Shown here: piece after piece, positions 22,080-32,261 of the stretch
Layout of the letters: each line of letters begins with the position of its first letter
Position numbering within the stretch: position 1 is the first letter of the stretch
Source: Bacteriovoracia bacterium
Lineage (GTDB): Bacteria; Bdellovibrionota; UBA1018; JBFWNL01
DNA: 64,000 bases
NCBI GenBank assembly: GCA_050251055.1
Contig: JBFWNL010000007.1
Coordinates: forward strand, 161,612 to 225,611
Reading direction: 5' to 3'
Position numbers and translations under genes: made by a program
The notes under the pieces: generated by a model
Database searches by the model: none
What the model saw: the letters and a program-made list of their open reading frames with translations, nothing else
What the model was told of the DNA's origin: nothing

Positions 22080-23540
22080 CTATATAAATCCGGCTTCCCG
22101 GAACGCGTTGGCGAGTTTTGCTTGCGGGCTACCGTCAAGGACTCGTACGCGTACGCTCGCTTTGCCTTCCGTGAAGGTGATCTCAGATTTTACGATCGAG
22201 GTTTGAATTCCGCTGCGTTTCAGCGCGTGTTTCAACCGTTCTTTCACCGGGTCGGCTTGGGCGCCGACGCGTAGCTTAGCGAGCACGAACTCAAACGTAT
22301 AAACTGGTCCTTGCTCTTCGTCCGTTCCCCCGCGTGGTTCGGTCGGCCGGGTAGGGGGCGTGGTCGGCGTGGCTGTGCCCTTTACGATGTCGTACACAGT
22401 TTTGGCTTGGATGTACGGGTTCGAGCTGCCATGCGATGCGTAAAGCGAAGTCGGAAGCCAGATGAAGTCCGGGTGCGTTTCGTCGAATTTACGAGCGTAG
22501 GCCGCCGGATTTTTCTGGTGCTCCCAGATCCCGCTACCGACGAGCCTTCCCGCCGATTGGACCTCGGTGGGGGACGTCATCACTACCGGGGCGTCGAAGT
22601 GAAGATCGAACTTCAGGAGGCGTCCCTCGTAGGAGGCACCCGCACGCCCAAAGGACTCGACCCGCTCTTCGTCGCTGATCTTTTTGATATCGAATACGCT
22701 GGAGACGTCATCGGGTTCCACATCCTGATCGTTCCCCCAAAAAATCTTCACGCGCAACGATACGGGATAGACCGATCGCCCGTTGCCGCCGACCACCGGT
22801 TTTTGAATATCTTGCGCCCGGATGGGAAGAAAACGATAACCGACCACGGGCTGATTCCATACTTCGTCGCCCGTGAAGCGATCGATCACCACGCCCGTGC
22901 GTAGGATCCCCACGTAGTTGGTGAAGATCATGAAAAAGTGGCGCGGAACCACGTCCCAAAAAGCTTCAAAGTTACTCTGTCCGCTTTGCGTGAGAGAGCG
23001 GGCGTCCGGGCTGTTGGCGTCGGTGACCCAGTTGCCCGTCTTCACGCTCTTATTCGTGTCACCTGCGAATAGCGAACCCGATTCCATCCAGAGCTCGGTC
23101 AGTAGGGCCTTTTGGTCGCCCACGTTCCACTGGACATCGCCCACTTTGCGCGACTCGCGGGGTTCGGCTTCTTTAATCGCGGCCGCCGACCAGGCGTTAC
23201 AATGTCCCCACCAGCCCCGGCAGCCTTCTTGTTCTTCCTTCGGTAAGGTGGAGCAGGCATGCTCACGCTTTTCCCAAAGCGTTGCTTTCTTGCCTTGTCG
23301 GGCAAAAAGGTCGTATTTTTCCGCAGGGGAGTTTTCGCCCGCCCGGTAGCGCCAGGCAAGCCCGTCTTCGCCGTAGGGCCAATAGGTACCGGCCCAGGGA
23401 GTCTGCTGGGGTTGGGCGAAACGATGCTGGTTATATAGCGCTTTGAAGTCGGTGTTGGAGTATTTGAATTCGCCGTCTTCGGCTTGGGCGGCGAAGGAAG
23501 TGATGGCCAGAGTCACGAGCAACAGGAGAGTTTGTTTCAT
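22080..23540 (-). CDS. Secreted transglutaminase-elicitor-like protein
   Basis: PWAGTYWP, SPAEKYD, WWGHCNAWSAAA, EVWNQPV, HPDFIW. Confidence 0.75.
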   Translation of the reverse strand: MKQTLLLLVTLAITSFAAQAEDGEFKYSNTDFKALYNQHRFAQPQQTPWAGTYWPYGEDGLAWRYRAGENSPAEKYDLFARQGKKATLWEKREHACSTLPKEEQEGCRGWWGHCNAWSAAAIKEAEPRESRKVGDVQWNVGDQKALLTELWMESGSLFAGDTNKSVKTGNWVTDANSPDARSLTQSGQSNFEAFWDVVPRHFFMIFTNYVGILRTGVVIDRFTGDEVWNQPVVGYRFLPIRAQDIQKPVVGGNGRSVYPVSLRVKIFWGNDQDVEPDDVSSVFDIKKISDEERVESFGRAGASYEGRLLKFDLHFDAPVVMTSPTEVQSAGRLVGSGIWEHQKNPAAYARKFDETHPDFIWLPTSLYASHGSSNPYIQAKTVYDIVKGTATPTTPPTRPTEPRGGTDEEQGPVYTFEFVLAKLRVGAQADPVKERLKHALKRSGIQTSIVKSEITFTEGKASVRVRVLDGSPQAKLANAFREAGFI

Positions 23541-23550
23541 GGGGTATTCC

Positions 23551-24435
23551 TTAGATCAGAATCGCAAAAAATTTCTGGTTATCGATCGTGGTGGGGAGGG
23601 GATCGCCCGCGCACCACTGAGCTTTCACGCGGTTGCCAAAGGCGTCGCGATATTCGAAGGCACCGGCTCGATCGCATTTTTTACCCACGTTTTCACGCGC
23701 CGCCCGCTTGGTGACGAATGGATCTGCGGGCATTTGAAAAGCGCGCACCCCCTTGTAGTTGTCCCCCTTGAGTAACCGGGGGACATCCGTCGGGAACAGC
23801 AGCAAGCCTGAGCTCGAGGCATCCTCGGGATCGAACTTGACGCCATAGGTTTCCTCGTCGCCCCGGGCCACAAATTTCACGATATCCGTTCCGTGGGCCC
23901 GATAGTCCGAGTCGAGGTACAGACGCACGGAGGTCACGTCATCGGGCTTGAGATCGCCCTTGGCCGGAGCGCGCGTTGGGCGGTAGTTCAGAACCGCGCA
24001 TTTTTTATCAGCGAGATCACCCGCCGCGAAGAATGCCTGGTGATGGAGGTCATTTATAGCTTCTTTTTGGAGCTTGGTGCACTCCACTAAGCGACGGGAG
24101 GTAATGTCAAACCGCACGGGCGCGCCAAATTCGACCGGACCGGCCTGGGGGCGTTTTTCGGTGATTTTGGAAACCTTGGGGAACACGAGGTACTGCACGC
24201 GGTTCCGCAGTTTATCGAACTGATTGGAATACGGCTGCAGGTCTTGATCGATGGAGGCAACCCCCCGACGCGCGCGCGCGTCCATTTCGGAAAACGCCAA
24301 ATCCAGCGCCCGCTGGTTGGCAAGCTCGCCAGAAGCCGTAGGGGAAAGGGTTTTCGAAGCGCTAGCGCAGCCGAAAGCCACAAGGGCTATCGCCGCGCCA
24401 AGGACCGGGGACGAAGATTTAAAGTTTATTTTCAT
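23551..24435 (-). CDS. Hypothetical lipoprotein
   Basis: AFGC lipobox; 10 bp upstream of the TGase-like gene on the same strand. Confidence 0.6.
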   Translation of the reverse strand: MKINFKSSSPVLGAAIALVAFGCASASKTLSPTASGELANQRALDLAFSEMDARARRGVASIDQDLQPYSNQFDKLRNRVQYLVFPKVSKITEKRPQAGPVEFGAPVRFDITSRRLVECTKLQKEAINDLHHQAFFAAGDLADKKCAVLNYRPTRAPAKGDLKPDDVTSVRLYLDSDYRAHGTDIVKFVARGDEETYGVKFDPEDASSSGLLLFPTDVPRLLKGDNYKGVRAFQMPADPFVTKRAARENVGKKCDRAGAFEYRDAFGNRVKAQWCAGDPLPTTIDNQKFFAILI

Positions 24436-24627
24436 GGTAGGAACAGTCTAAGGGATCTTCCTGATTCCGCACTCGGAAAATTCCGCCGGGCAAGTCGCCT
24501 CAATGACACCGTAAGCCTTCGTTCGCATTAGGCAAATTTGGCATTTCTTTTGTTTGGCTGAATTCGGTCGAATTGCGTCAGTTTCCGCGCGATCCGGGGT
24601 TAAGTCGACCACAAGGAGTCACGCGCT

Positions 24628-25587
24628 ATGGTCCGTTTTTTCCTGGTTTTGGCGTTGTTCGTGGGGTCGATCCCGGGAGCGGAAGCGAAGTGCGGGCTCG
24701 TGGAGACCCCCTGCGGCTACCACGAGATCATTAGCAATGTGTTCGGTGCGATCCATCCCGAGCATTGGCGATCAGAGTTCGGGCAACTCGCCTCTGGTCA
24801 GTTTGAGCAAGACGGGATCGCCATTTATAGTCGGTCCTACGGCAACGTCGTTTTTTTCTCTTCGCAGACGGATGTCTATGCGTTGACTAAAAACGGTCTG
24901 TATCGATTCGACTTGGCGGGGACGGGGTTTGAGTACGGGGCCTCCGTCGCGCTCGATTTGGCTCTTGAGCGCATGCATCCCGTGGCCAGAGGTTGGGTGA
25001 GTGCCCGAGGGGAGGTTCTGAAGATGAACGACACGGATCCCCAAATTGGCCACGATTTTTCCAATGTTTCTAAGCTTGGGGTGAGGCTCGAAAACGGACA
25101 GCTTCGGTTGCAACATATTCCGGAGTCGCAGAAAAAAAGCGGGATGCTAGTTCCGTTTTTGGGTCGGGGGAAAGCTCAGGCCGAAGGGGTTGTTTCCACC
25201 CTGCTGGGGAAGCTCGTTTCCGAGTATCCGAATCGCATGGCAAAAAACCGGGAAACAATCGACCAGTATAAGAAAGCCCTAGCTGAATACTCCGTTCAAC
25301 GCGTGGCTTACGAGCAAGGGCTGGCCGTCTGGAAACAAGGGCTTCGAGACCAGGGGTTTTCCGAAGCAGAAATTGAGTCACTCTCGGAGGCTTACGACGT
25401 AGTCGATCGTCCGGTCCGCCCACTCCAGCCAGCATACCCGGCTTTAGCGATGAGTAAACGCGAGATCGTGGAAATGCTGAGGGGGTGGACTTCGTCCGAA
25501 CGCCATTTTTTCCCGGCCGCGGTTCCCAGGGCACTCTGCACCGCGCTTTCGGCGATGCGGGCGGTGAGCGATGAACCTGCCCCCTAA
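24628..25587 (+). CDS. Hypothetical secreted protein
   Basis: AGGAG RBS, signal peptide AEA|K. Confidence 0.55.
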   Translation: MVRFFLVLALFVGSIPGAEAKCGLVETPCGYHEIISNVFGAIHPEHWRSEFGQLASGQFEQDGIAIYSRSYGNVVFFSSQTDVYALTKNGLYRFDLAGTGFEYGASVALDLALERMHPVARGWVSARGEVLKMNDTDPQIGHDFSNVSKLGVRLENGQLRLQHIPESQKKSGMLVPFLGRGKAQAEGVVSTLLGKLVSEYPNRMAKNRETIDQYKKALAEYSVQRVAYEQGLAVWKQGLRDQGFSEAEIESLSEAYDVVDRPVRPLQPAYPALAMSKREIVEMLRGWTSSERHFFPAAVPRALCTALSAMRAVSDEPAP

Positions 25588-25667
25588 TTGAAAACGCCTT
25601 GCCGAAGCGGCTTTTGGGTGAGAAAATTTTGCCTAGCTTTTCGAATATCCCAAAGGAGGGGTTAGCT

Positions 25668-25934
25668 ATGGCAGGGAAGAAAAAGAACTCGGCTTTCATG
25701 GCTCCGTTGAAACCGTCGGCCGCCTTAGGCGCGGTGGTGGGTAATGCCGCCATGCCAAGAACCCAGGTCGTGAAGAAGCTGTGGGCTTACATCAAGAAGC
25801 ACAAGCTTCAAGATAAGAAAAACAAGCGCTCCATCAACCCCGACGAAAAACTAGCGGCGGTGTTCGGCAGCAAACGCGCCATCGACATGTTTAAGATGAT
25901 GGGCGCGATCAAAAAGCACCTGAAAAAAGCCTAA
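25668..25934 (+). CDS. SWIB/MDM2 domain protein
   Basis: FMAPLKPSAAL..PRTQVVKKLWAYIKKHKLQD..INPDEKL; GGAGG RBS. Confidence 0.92.
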   Translation: MAGKKKNSAFMAPLKPSAALGAVVGNAAMPRTQVVKKLWAYIKKHKLQDKKNKRSINPDEKLAAVFGSKRAIDMFKMMGAIKKHLKKA

Positions 25935-25944
25935 GCGGCCCCGC

Positions 25945-26919
25945 CTATTTGGACGGCGGGGTAGGGGTCAGTTCTAGTTCGGCGATGACGCCGTAGTGGT
26001 CCGAGAGAAGATCGTTGTCGGTTTTCATCACAATGCGTGCCGCGAGGGTTTTCCAATGACCGGCATCGCCTTTTGCGTCCCGCACGAAGACGTGGTCCAC
26101 CGTTTGGTTCGGGCCATTGGGGTATTCTCCTTCGATGACGTAGCGATTCGTGCTCGAGTCCCACGTCGCATCGTAACGCCCGTTGACTTCGGAATAGACC
26201 GCGCGGACGCCCAGGCCGGAAACCAGGGATTCGAAAACCGTTTTTCCGAATTCCGGTCCGCAGTTGAAATCGCCCATGCTCAGTAAGGGGACGGCACCTT
26301 CCAAGCTGGCCGTTTTATGGTGCTCGGTCAGCTGTTGAATTTGTTTTAAAAGGTGCTCTTTCGCGTCGGGATCTTCGACGCTACCGTCCTTCCCGTCTAG
26401 GTTTTGGGTATGCACGGTGGTGAAAACAAAGCTTTCTTCTTGCGGCTGTCCCGATTTTGTTTTCAGTTTCATCGACACGATGCCTTTGCGAGCCAGTTTT
26501 TGTGCCGAGCTCGCACTCGTGAACGGGATGCGCGCGATGGAGTCCGCCGTTAAATTTCGGTAAGCGACCATCATCCCGCTTCCCATCAGGGTCAGGGTCG
26601 GGAAGTCACCGGTGGGTTTTAGGTCGTCCACCAAGATGATTTCGAAACCTTGCGCTTTCAAAGCTTTTGCGATCGCGGCCTGGTGGGAGGAGTCCCAAAC
26701 TTCCTGCAATGAAATGAGATCGAGCTTTTCCCGTTCCGCCAACTGGCTCAGTGCAGCAGGGAGCTTCTCCGCGCGGGCTTTCACTTTGGGTACGACATCA
26801 CCTTTGAAGGTAATTCTCAGCAAACCGGCGTTGTAGGTAAGAACGCGCAGCGAAGCCGCATAGGCGGCTTGACCGCTAAAGGCGAAGGCAATCACCAACC
26901 AAATGGTCCACTTTTGCAT
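25945..26919 (-). CDS. Secreted endonuclease/exonuclease/phosphatase family protein (sphingomyelinase-like)
   Basis: LTYN, LQEVW, MGDFN, VDHVF, SDHYGV. Confidence 0.85.
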   Translation of the reverse strand: MQKWTIWLVIAFAFSGQAAYAASLRVLTYNAGLLRITFKGDVVPKVKARAEKLPAALSQLAEREKLDLISLQEVWDSSHQAAIAKALKAQGFEIILVDDLKPTGDFPTLTLMGSGMMVAYRNLTADSIARIPFTSASSAQKLARKGIVSMKLKTKSGQPQEESFVFTTVHTQNLDGKDGSVEDPDAKEHLLKQIQQLTEHHKTASLEGAVPLLSMGDFNCGPEFGKTVFESLVSGLGVRAVYSEVNGRYDATWDSSTNRYVIEGEYPNGPNQTVDHVFVRDAKGDAGHWKTLAARIVMKTDNDLLSDHYGVIAELELTPTPPSK

Positions 26920-27131
26920 GGGCTACTGAATAGCATGGTGGGTCCAAATAACAAACCATTTTAATCAGATATTAAGGTGAGGTTTGAGTACAGTTGCTTA
27001 ATTAAATAAAATTAATAACTTAAGGGTGAGGTAAGATTTCGCTCCCCCCCTTTTGTAGGTGCTTCAGTTTGTGAGAAAGTGGATTTTTGAGCGCCCAGGA
27101 GCCGTCGATTAGTGATTTTTTTGGGCCGAGG

Positions 27132-27410
27132 CTAGTCGCGAATGGTGCGATTCTTATCGATCACACCATAGATGATCATCAGAAAAGCAATCAGTCGAAA
27201 TACGTAAACGAGCGCGTGATCTTCGCCCCGGGGAGCGCGCGTGGCGACGAAGAGAATGATGACCCGCTCCAGCGCCATCGTGCTGAAGGCCAGCCCGAAA
27301 ATCAGAAAAAGCCGATCGCTGGTCTGTCGCCAGAATCGGAAAAAGAACAGGCCCGCTACGCCAAGCCCCATCATTACCGCCCCAGATAGAAACAGGTATA
27401 GCGCATTCAT
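27132..27410 (-). CDS. DUF5985-like small membrane protein
   Basis: GLFFFRFWRQTSDRLF..RLIAFLMIIYGVIDKNR; start overlaps upstream stop. Confidence 0.75.
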   Translation of the reverse strand: MNALYLFLSGAVMMGLGVAGLFFFRFWRQTSDRLFLIFGLAFSTMALERVIILFVATRAPRGEDHALVYVFRLIAFLMIIYGVIDKNRTIRD

Positions 27411-27667
27411 GCGGTGTCCCAGACAAAACCGTAGATCAGCAATATCAATCCGCCGAAAGCGGGTAACGTTCTCCACACCGAGAGGTCCATGTCCGGTACT
27501 AGCATGGCGTCCGCCAGAAGCAGAATGTTGTTGATCGCGAATCCGGCGAAGCAAAGGCTGCACCACAGAAGGAGTTTCACCCGGCTGCGGGAGAATTGGC
27601 GGTACAGCAGGAGCGCGCAAATGACGCTCGTGAGTCCGCACATCACGTATACGATCTCTCCGATCAT
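27407..27667 (-). CDS. DUF5985-like small membrane protein
   Basis: VYVMCGLTSVICALLL..LLLWCSLCF..NNILL..LIYGFVWD. Confidence 0.75.
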   Translation of the reverse strand: MIGEIVYVMCGLTSVICALLLYRQFSRSRVKLLLWCSLCFAGFAINNILLLADAMLVPDMDLSVWRTLPAFGGLILLIYGFVWDTA

Positions 27668-28062
27668 TTGTTTTCGTCCTTTCGATCTACCCGGAACGCG
27701 TCCGCGAGGGTGCGGAGCGCTTCGGCGGGCTTCGAGTAGATGAGGTTGATCAAGCGATAGGGATAGGTGATGTTGTAAATTACCAACTTATCGACCACAT
27801 CCGATATTTCCTTGGTTTTAGGGGAGAAGACGTGGCGGTCGTCGTTTGGATATTTTCGCGTTAGAATACCTCGTGAATACAAATCGGAAAGCCTTCGCTC
27901 AATGGAGGCGCTGCTGCTGCGGATGACGTTCTCGATTTCCTCGGAGGTCCATTCTTTTTCCGGCGTGGCCTTTAGGAGCAGTAGGATGCTAAGCAGCTCG
28001 ACCGTGTCGATATACTTCAAGACAAAATTTCGAATGTCTTCCGGAATATTGTCTTTGGTCAT
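27664..28062 (-). CDS. Conserved hypothetical winged-helix-like protein coupled to the DUF5985 pair
   Basis: IRNFVLKYIDTVELLSILLLL..EWTSEEI..LADAFR; translational coupling. Confidence 0.65.
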   Translation of the reverse strand: MTKDNIPEDIRNFVLKYIDTVELLSILLLLKATPEKEWTSEEIENVIRSSSASIERRLSDLYSRGILTRKYPNDDRHVFSPKTKEISDVVDKLVIYNITYPYRLINLIYSKPAEALRTLADAFRVDRKDENK

Positions 28063-28179
28063 TCTCGGGGCCGCCAGACTCGATGTTGTTTCGTGAAATT
28101 CATGTCTTCCCTTAATTCAAACGGACTAGCAGATTCCACCCCTGCCTCCAAATGGTTTTTCCAACTACGTTGCGTTTAG

Positions 28180-29961
28180 TTAAAGCACTTCGCCCCAAGG
28201 CGGGCTCACCGCGAACGCGGCGTTGATCTGTCCCACGTGCGAGTAAGCTTGGGGGAAATTACCGGCATGCAGGCGCTCGGAAGGGATATAATGTTCGGAA
28301 AACAAGCCCAACGAGTTCGCCGCCGTCATGGCACTCTTCATTACGCCGCGAGCTTCGTCGATCTGTCCCAAGCGCCCGAGAGCCTGAATGAGCCAAAATG
28401 TGCAAATCAAGAAAGCCGATTTCGGCTGTCCAAAGTCGTCTTTTCTTAGGTACCTATAGAGAAAACCGTCAGCCTGGGCATCGCCGCCAAACTTGAGTTG
28501 TTGCCAAATTAGCTCAGTCGTCTTTCGGCAAAGCTCTGGGTCGGGGAACCGTAGATTCGTCAGTTGAAGCAAGGAAGCGTCGAGGCTCTCATCCTTGGGG
28601 CCGTTGCGCAAAGCGCCGCCCTTGACGGCCGCGCGTATCGCGCGTTCGGCAGTTTCCCGGCTGGCAGATAGGTCTAGTCCGACGGATTTAAGAAAGCCCT
28701 GGGACTGAACCCGTTCCATGCGGTCGAGCGCGGCCCAGCACATCAGATTGGAAAACGAATGTTCTTGCCAGCCGTCCCGGAATTCCCACAGTCCCGCATC
28801 GGGCTGGGAAATGTTTTTCACGCACAAGCGAGCGAGATGCTCGAGCAAGCGCTCGTGTTCCTTGCTGCGAAGGTGATGGAATCTTTCGTCGATGAAGATC
28901 GGCGATAAGGTGAGGGCCATTTCGCCGTAAACATCATTTTGTACGTGCTCGGCGGCTTGGTTATCGCTGCGAACCGGACGGGATCCGGCATATCCTCCCC
29001 AAGCGGGGTGTTCGGTCTCGGGAAGGGGTAAGGATTGGTCGAGCCGGTAGACTGGGCGCAGGCGATCGCGCGAATGGTCGTGCTGTTCGGCGATATTGAG
29101 GAAGAATTTGATGAACCCTTCCATCTCTTCGAAGTGGCCTAGGTTATGGAACGCCGAAAGGGAGAAGTAGGCGTCACGAAGCCAGCAGAATCGATAGTCC
29201 CAGTTGCGATTGCCGCCGTACTCTTCTGGCAGGCTGGTGGTCAAGGCGGCGAGTATCGCGCCCGTGTCTTCGTAACAGTGAAGCTTGAGCGTGATCGCCG
29301 AACGGATCGTTTCTTTTTGGTAGAGGCTAGGGATCGAGCAGTGCTTCACCCAGGTGGTCCAATAGTCGAGGGTTTCCTGGAGAAAACGGTGCGTAACGGT
29401 GACGAGGTCCTCCTCAATGCCGTAGCTCCAAGTCAATCCGAAGTAGAGCGGCTCTTGCAGCGTGAAAGAAGTTTCCTCGCAGAGGTAGGTGAGCGGCATG
29501 TTCGTCACCAGACGCATTGCCTCGTCCCGGATTTCAAAACGAAGATGGCTGTTGCCGCGGACGGGGCGGGCAGGTTGCTTGCTCCAACCCGTAACTGGCC
29601 GGCAGCTCACCTTAATCGACGGATTGCCTTTGATAGGTTCAACGATCCTGAAAATCGCGGCAGGTCGGTAGATTCGCCCGTGCTGGTAAAAGCGGGGACA
29701 GAAATCCGTGATCTTGAACTCACTCCCATCCTGGCACCGTATCGTGGTCGTCAAGATAGGAGTGTTCGGAATGTAAGCTTGCTGCCCCGGTGTGGCTCCG
29801 CCCGCGGAAGCCTGAATCGAAAAGTGGCCGCCTTCCTGGTCCAAGATGCGTCCAAAGATGGGAGGGCTATCGGGACGGGGCAAGCAAAGCCAATCAATAG
29901 ATCCGTTTTGATTCACCAGGGCCGCGGACTGGCAGTTTCCGATCAGGCCGTACGGGTACAT
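28180..29961 (-). CDS. Glycoside hydrolase family 15 (trehalase/glucoamylase-like)
   Basis: YGLIGNC, TTSLPE, RNWDYRFCWLRD, GLWEFR, GNFPQAYSH. Confidence 0.92.
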   Translation of the reverse strand: MYPYGLIGNCQSAALVNQNGSIDWLCLPRPDSPPIFGRILDQEGGHFSIQASAGGATPGQQAYIPNTPILTTTIRCQDGSEFKITDFCPRFYQHGRIYRPAAIFRIVEPIKGNPSIKVSCRPVTGWSKQPARPVRGNSHLRFEIRDEAMRLVTNMPLTYLCEETSFTLQEPLYFGLTWSYGIEEDLVTVTHRFLQETLDYWTTWVKHCSIPSLYQKETIRSAITLKLHCYEDTGAILAALTTSLPEEYGGNRNWDYRFCWLRDAYFSLSAFHNLGHFEEMEGFIKFFLNIAEQHDHSRDRLRPVYRLDQSLPLPETEHPAWGGYAGSRPVRSDNQAAEHVQNDVYGEMALTLSPIFIDERFHHLRSKEHERLLEHLARLCVKNISQPDAGLWEFRDGWQEHSFSNLMCWAALDRMERVQSQGFLKSVGLDLSASRETAERAIRAAVKGGALRNGPKDESLDASLLQLTNLRFPDPELCRKTTELIWQQLKFGGDAQADGFLYRYLRKDDFGQPKSAFLICTFWLIQALGRLGQIDEARGVMKSAMTAANSLGLFSEHYIPSERLHAGNFPQAYSHVGQINAAFAVSPPWGEVL

Positions 29962-30008
29962 GAAAAGAGTATATTTTTATTTGCTATCAAAGTAAAGTGC
30001 GTAAATTC

Positions 30009-32261
30009 ATGCGCCTCTCATTAAGATTCATTGTTCCGTTGTTGATCGCCTTGGGTTTGTTCGGTTACGGGGTCGCTCCGCTGATTGATTCCCTCACGTT
30101 GAAGTGGTTCGTGCGGGATCTCGACATCCGCACGAAGCTCATCGCGAGCACCATGCGGGATTCGATCGTGGCCGCGCAGGAAAACGCGGAAACGGGCAAG
30201 CGTGCCCAGCGCCTGCTCGAACGGGTGGTGCAAGACGAGCGTTTGTTCGCGCTCGGGTTTTGTGATTCCGAAAATCGCCTGGTCACGAAGACGCAAACCT
30301 TTCCCGCCGCTATTCCTTGCGAGGGTCCGGATAGCGAGGGCGGTCCACATAGCCGGATCATTCAGCTTCCCCAGGGCCCTTTGCATCTCGCGTTCCATCC
30401 CACGATCGACGAATCGGGCAAGCGGCTAGGCCAGCTCGTGATTGTTCACGACATGAGCTTCGTTCAGCGGCGAAGCTCCGACACCAAGGCTTACATCGTC
30501 TACCTGTTCGCGATTTTGGGCGCGATCATATCCTTTATTACGGTATTCATCGCGCAGCTCAGCTGGAAGGGATGGATCAACGGGATGCGGGCGGTGGTCC
30601 GGGGGGAGGGCTTGTTTCGGCCGATCGCTCAGGTCACCTCCCCCGAGTTGCGGCCGATCGTAAAAGATCTGAGGGTGCTCATTCGCGATTTGGAAACGGA
30701 TCGACGCACGCGGGACGAAAATCAAATCAGCTGGAGCCCGCAGACGCTCAAGGAAATCCTACACAATGAGTTAGCGGGGGACGAGGTCCTCATCGTTTCG
30801 AACCGGGAGCCCTATATTCACGTGCGAAACGGCAAAGAAGTCGAGATCCGCTTTCCCGCCAGCGGGTTGGTCACCGCACTCGAGCCGGTGATGCGCGCCT
30901 GTTCCGGGACTTGGATCGCCCATGGCGGCGGTAGCGCCGATCGCGAGTCGGTGGACAAGTTCGACCACGTTCGGGTCCCTCCCGAGAATCCTGCCTACCA
31001 GATTCGGCGGGTTTGGCTCACCCCCGAGGAAGAAGCCGGATATTACTACGGCTTCGCCAACGAGGGGATTTGGGCGCTTTGCCACATCGCCCACGTGCGG
31101 CCGATATTTCGCTCCCAAGACTGGGCCCAGTATGTGGCTGTGAACGAGAAGTTCGCGGAAACGGTCGTGGAAGAGGCAAAAACCGACGATCCCGTGGTCC
31201 TGGTGCAAGATTATCACTTGGCGTTGGTGCCGAAGATGATCCGCGAGCGCCTGCCGAAAGCGACCGTCATCACGTTCTGGCATATCCCTTTTCCAAACTC
31301 GGAAATCTTCGGTATCTGTCCGTGGCGGGAGCAAATATTGGACGGTCTCCTAGGCAGCAGCATCCTGGGCTTTCACACGCGCTTCCATTGCAATAACTTC
31401 CTGGATGCGGTTGATCGCTTCATGGAGAGCCGGATCGATCGCGAGACGTCGACAATTTCCTACGGCGGTCGGCTTACGGCGGTAAATCAGTACCCGATTT
31501 CCATCGAGTATCCGGTGAAGTGGTTAAAAACCCAAAAAACCGTTGCCGAATGCAGGGCACGAATTCGAGAATTGAATGGAATGCCGAGCGACCGCATGGT
31601 GGGAGTCGGCGTGGACCGATTGGATTATACCAAGGGTATTCTGGAGAGGTTTCTGGCGGTCGAGCGCATGCTCGAGCTCGAACCCAGCTGGATCGGAAAA
31701 TTCTCATTCATTCAGATTGCCGCCCCGTCCCGCACGGATATCGACCAGTATCGCCACTTTGATTCCGATGTGCGGGCACTCGCGGCCCGAATTAACCAAC
31801 GTTTCGGAAAAGAGGGTTACGAGCCTATCCGTCTACGGATCGAGCATCACGCGCCTGAGCAAGTGTACGAATATTATCGGGGGGCGGACGTCTGCGTCGT
31901 GAGCAGTTTGCATGACGGCATGAACCTCGTGGCCAAGGAGTTCATTGCTGCACGCGACGATGAGCGAGGAGTTTTGATCCTGAGTCAGTTCACGGGAGCG
32001 GCTCGGGAGCTTCCCGAGGCGTTGATCGTCAATCCCTACAACATTGACCAGTCGGCGGCCGCGCTTCATATGGCGCTTGAAATGCCACCCGCCGAGCAAC
32101 GCAACCGGATCCGGAGCATGCGGGGACTGATCCAGGAGTTCAACGTGTACCGCTGGGCGGGCCGCATGCTGCTGGATGCGTCCCGTTTGCGTCAGCGCAC
32201 CCGTCTGTTTGGCCTCGATGGTCGGGGTAACCGCATCGCGCGCTTGAAAGGGGACAAGTGA
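30009..32261 (+). CDS. otsA: Trehalose-6-phosphate synthase with N-terminal two-TM extracytoplasmic domain
   Basis: VSNREP, SGLVTAL, QDYHL, FWHIPFP, VDRLDYTKG, DGMNLVAKE. Confidence 0.9.
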   Translation: MRLSLRFIVPLLIALGLFGYGVAPLIDSLTLKWFVRDLDIRTKLIASTMRDSIVAAQENAETGKRAQRLLERVVQDERLFALGFCDSENRLVTKTQTFPAAIPCEGPDSEGGPHSRIIQLPQGPLHLAFHPTIDESGKRLGQLVIVHDMSFVQRRSSDTKAYIVYLFAILGAIISFITVFIAQLSWKGWINGMRAVVRGEGLFRPIAQVTSPELRPIVKDLRVLIRDLETDRRTRDENQISWSPQTLKEILHNELAGDEVLIVSNREPYIHVRNGKEVEIRFPASGLVTALEPVMRACSGTWIAHGGGSADRESVDKFDHVRVPPENPAYQIRRVWLTPEEEAGYYYGFANEGIWALCHIAHVRPIFRSQDWAQYVAVNEKFAETVVEEAKTDDPVVLVQDYHLALVPKMIRERLPKATVITFWHIPFPNSEIFGICPWREQILDGLLGSSILGFHTRFHCNNFLDAVDRFMESRIDRETSTISYGGRLTAVNQYPISIEYPVKWLKTQKTVAECRARIRELNGMPSDRMVGVGVDRLDYTKGILERFLAVERMLELEPSWIGKFSFIQIAAPSRTDIDQYRHFDSDVRALAARINQRFGKEGYEPIRLRIEHHAPEQVYEYYRGADVCVVSSLHDGMNLVAKEFIAARDDERGVLILSQFTGAARELPEALIVNPYNIDQSAAALHMALEMPPAEQRNRIRSMRGLIQEFNVYRWAGRMLLDASRLRQRTRLFGLDGRGNRIARLKGDK

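Noticed and set aside
29146-30024. 292-aa plus-strand ORF (and similar ones at 1503-2105, 15935-16537, 36128-36835)
   Set aside because: Antisense shadows of well-supported genes in GC-rich DNA
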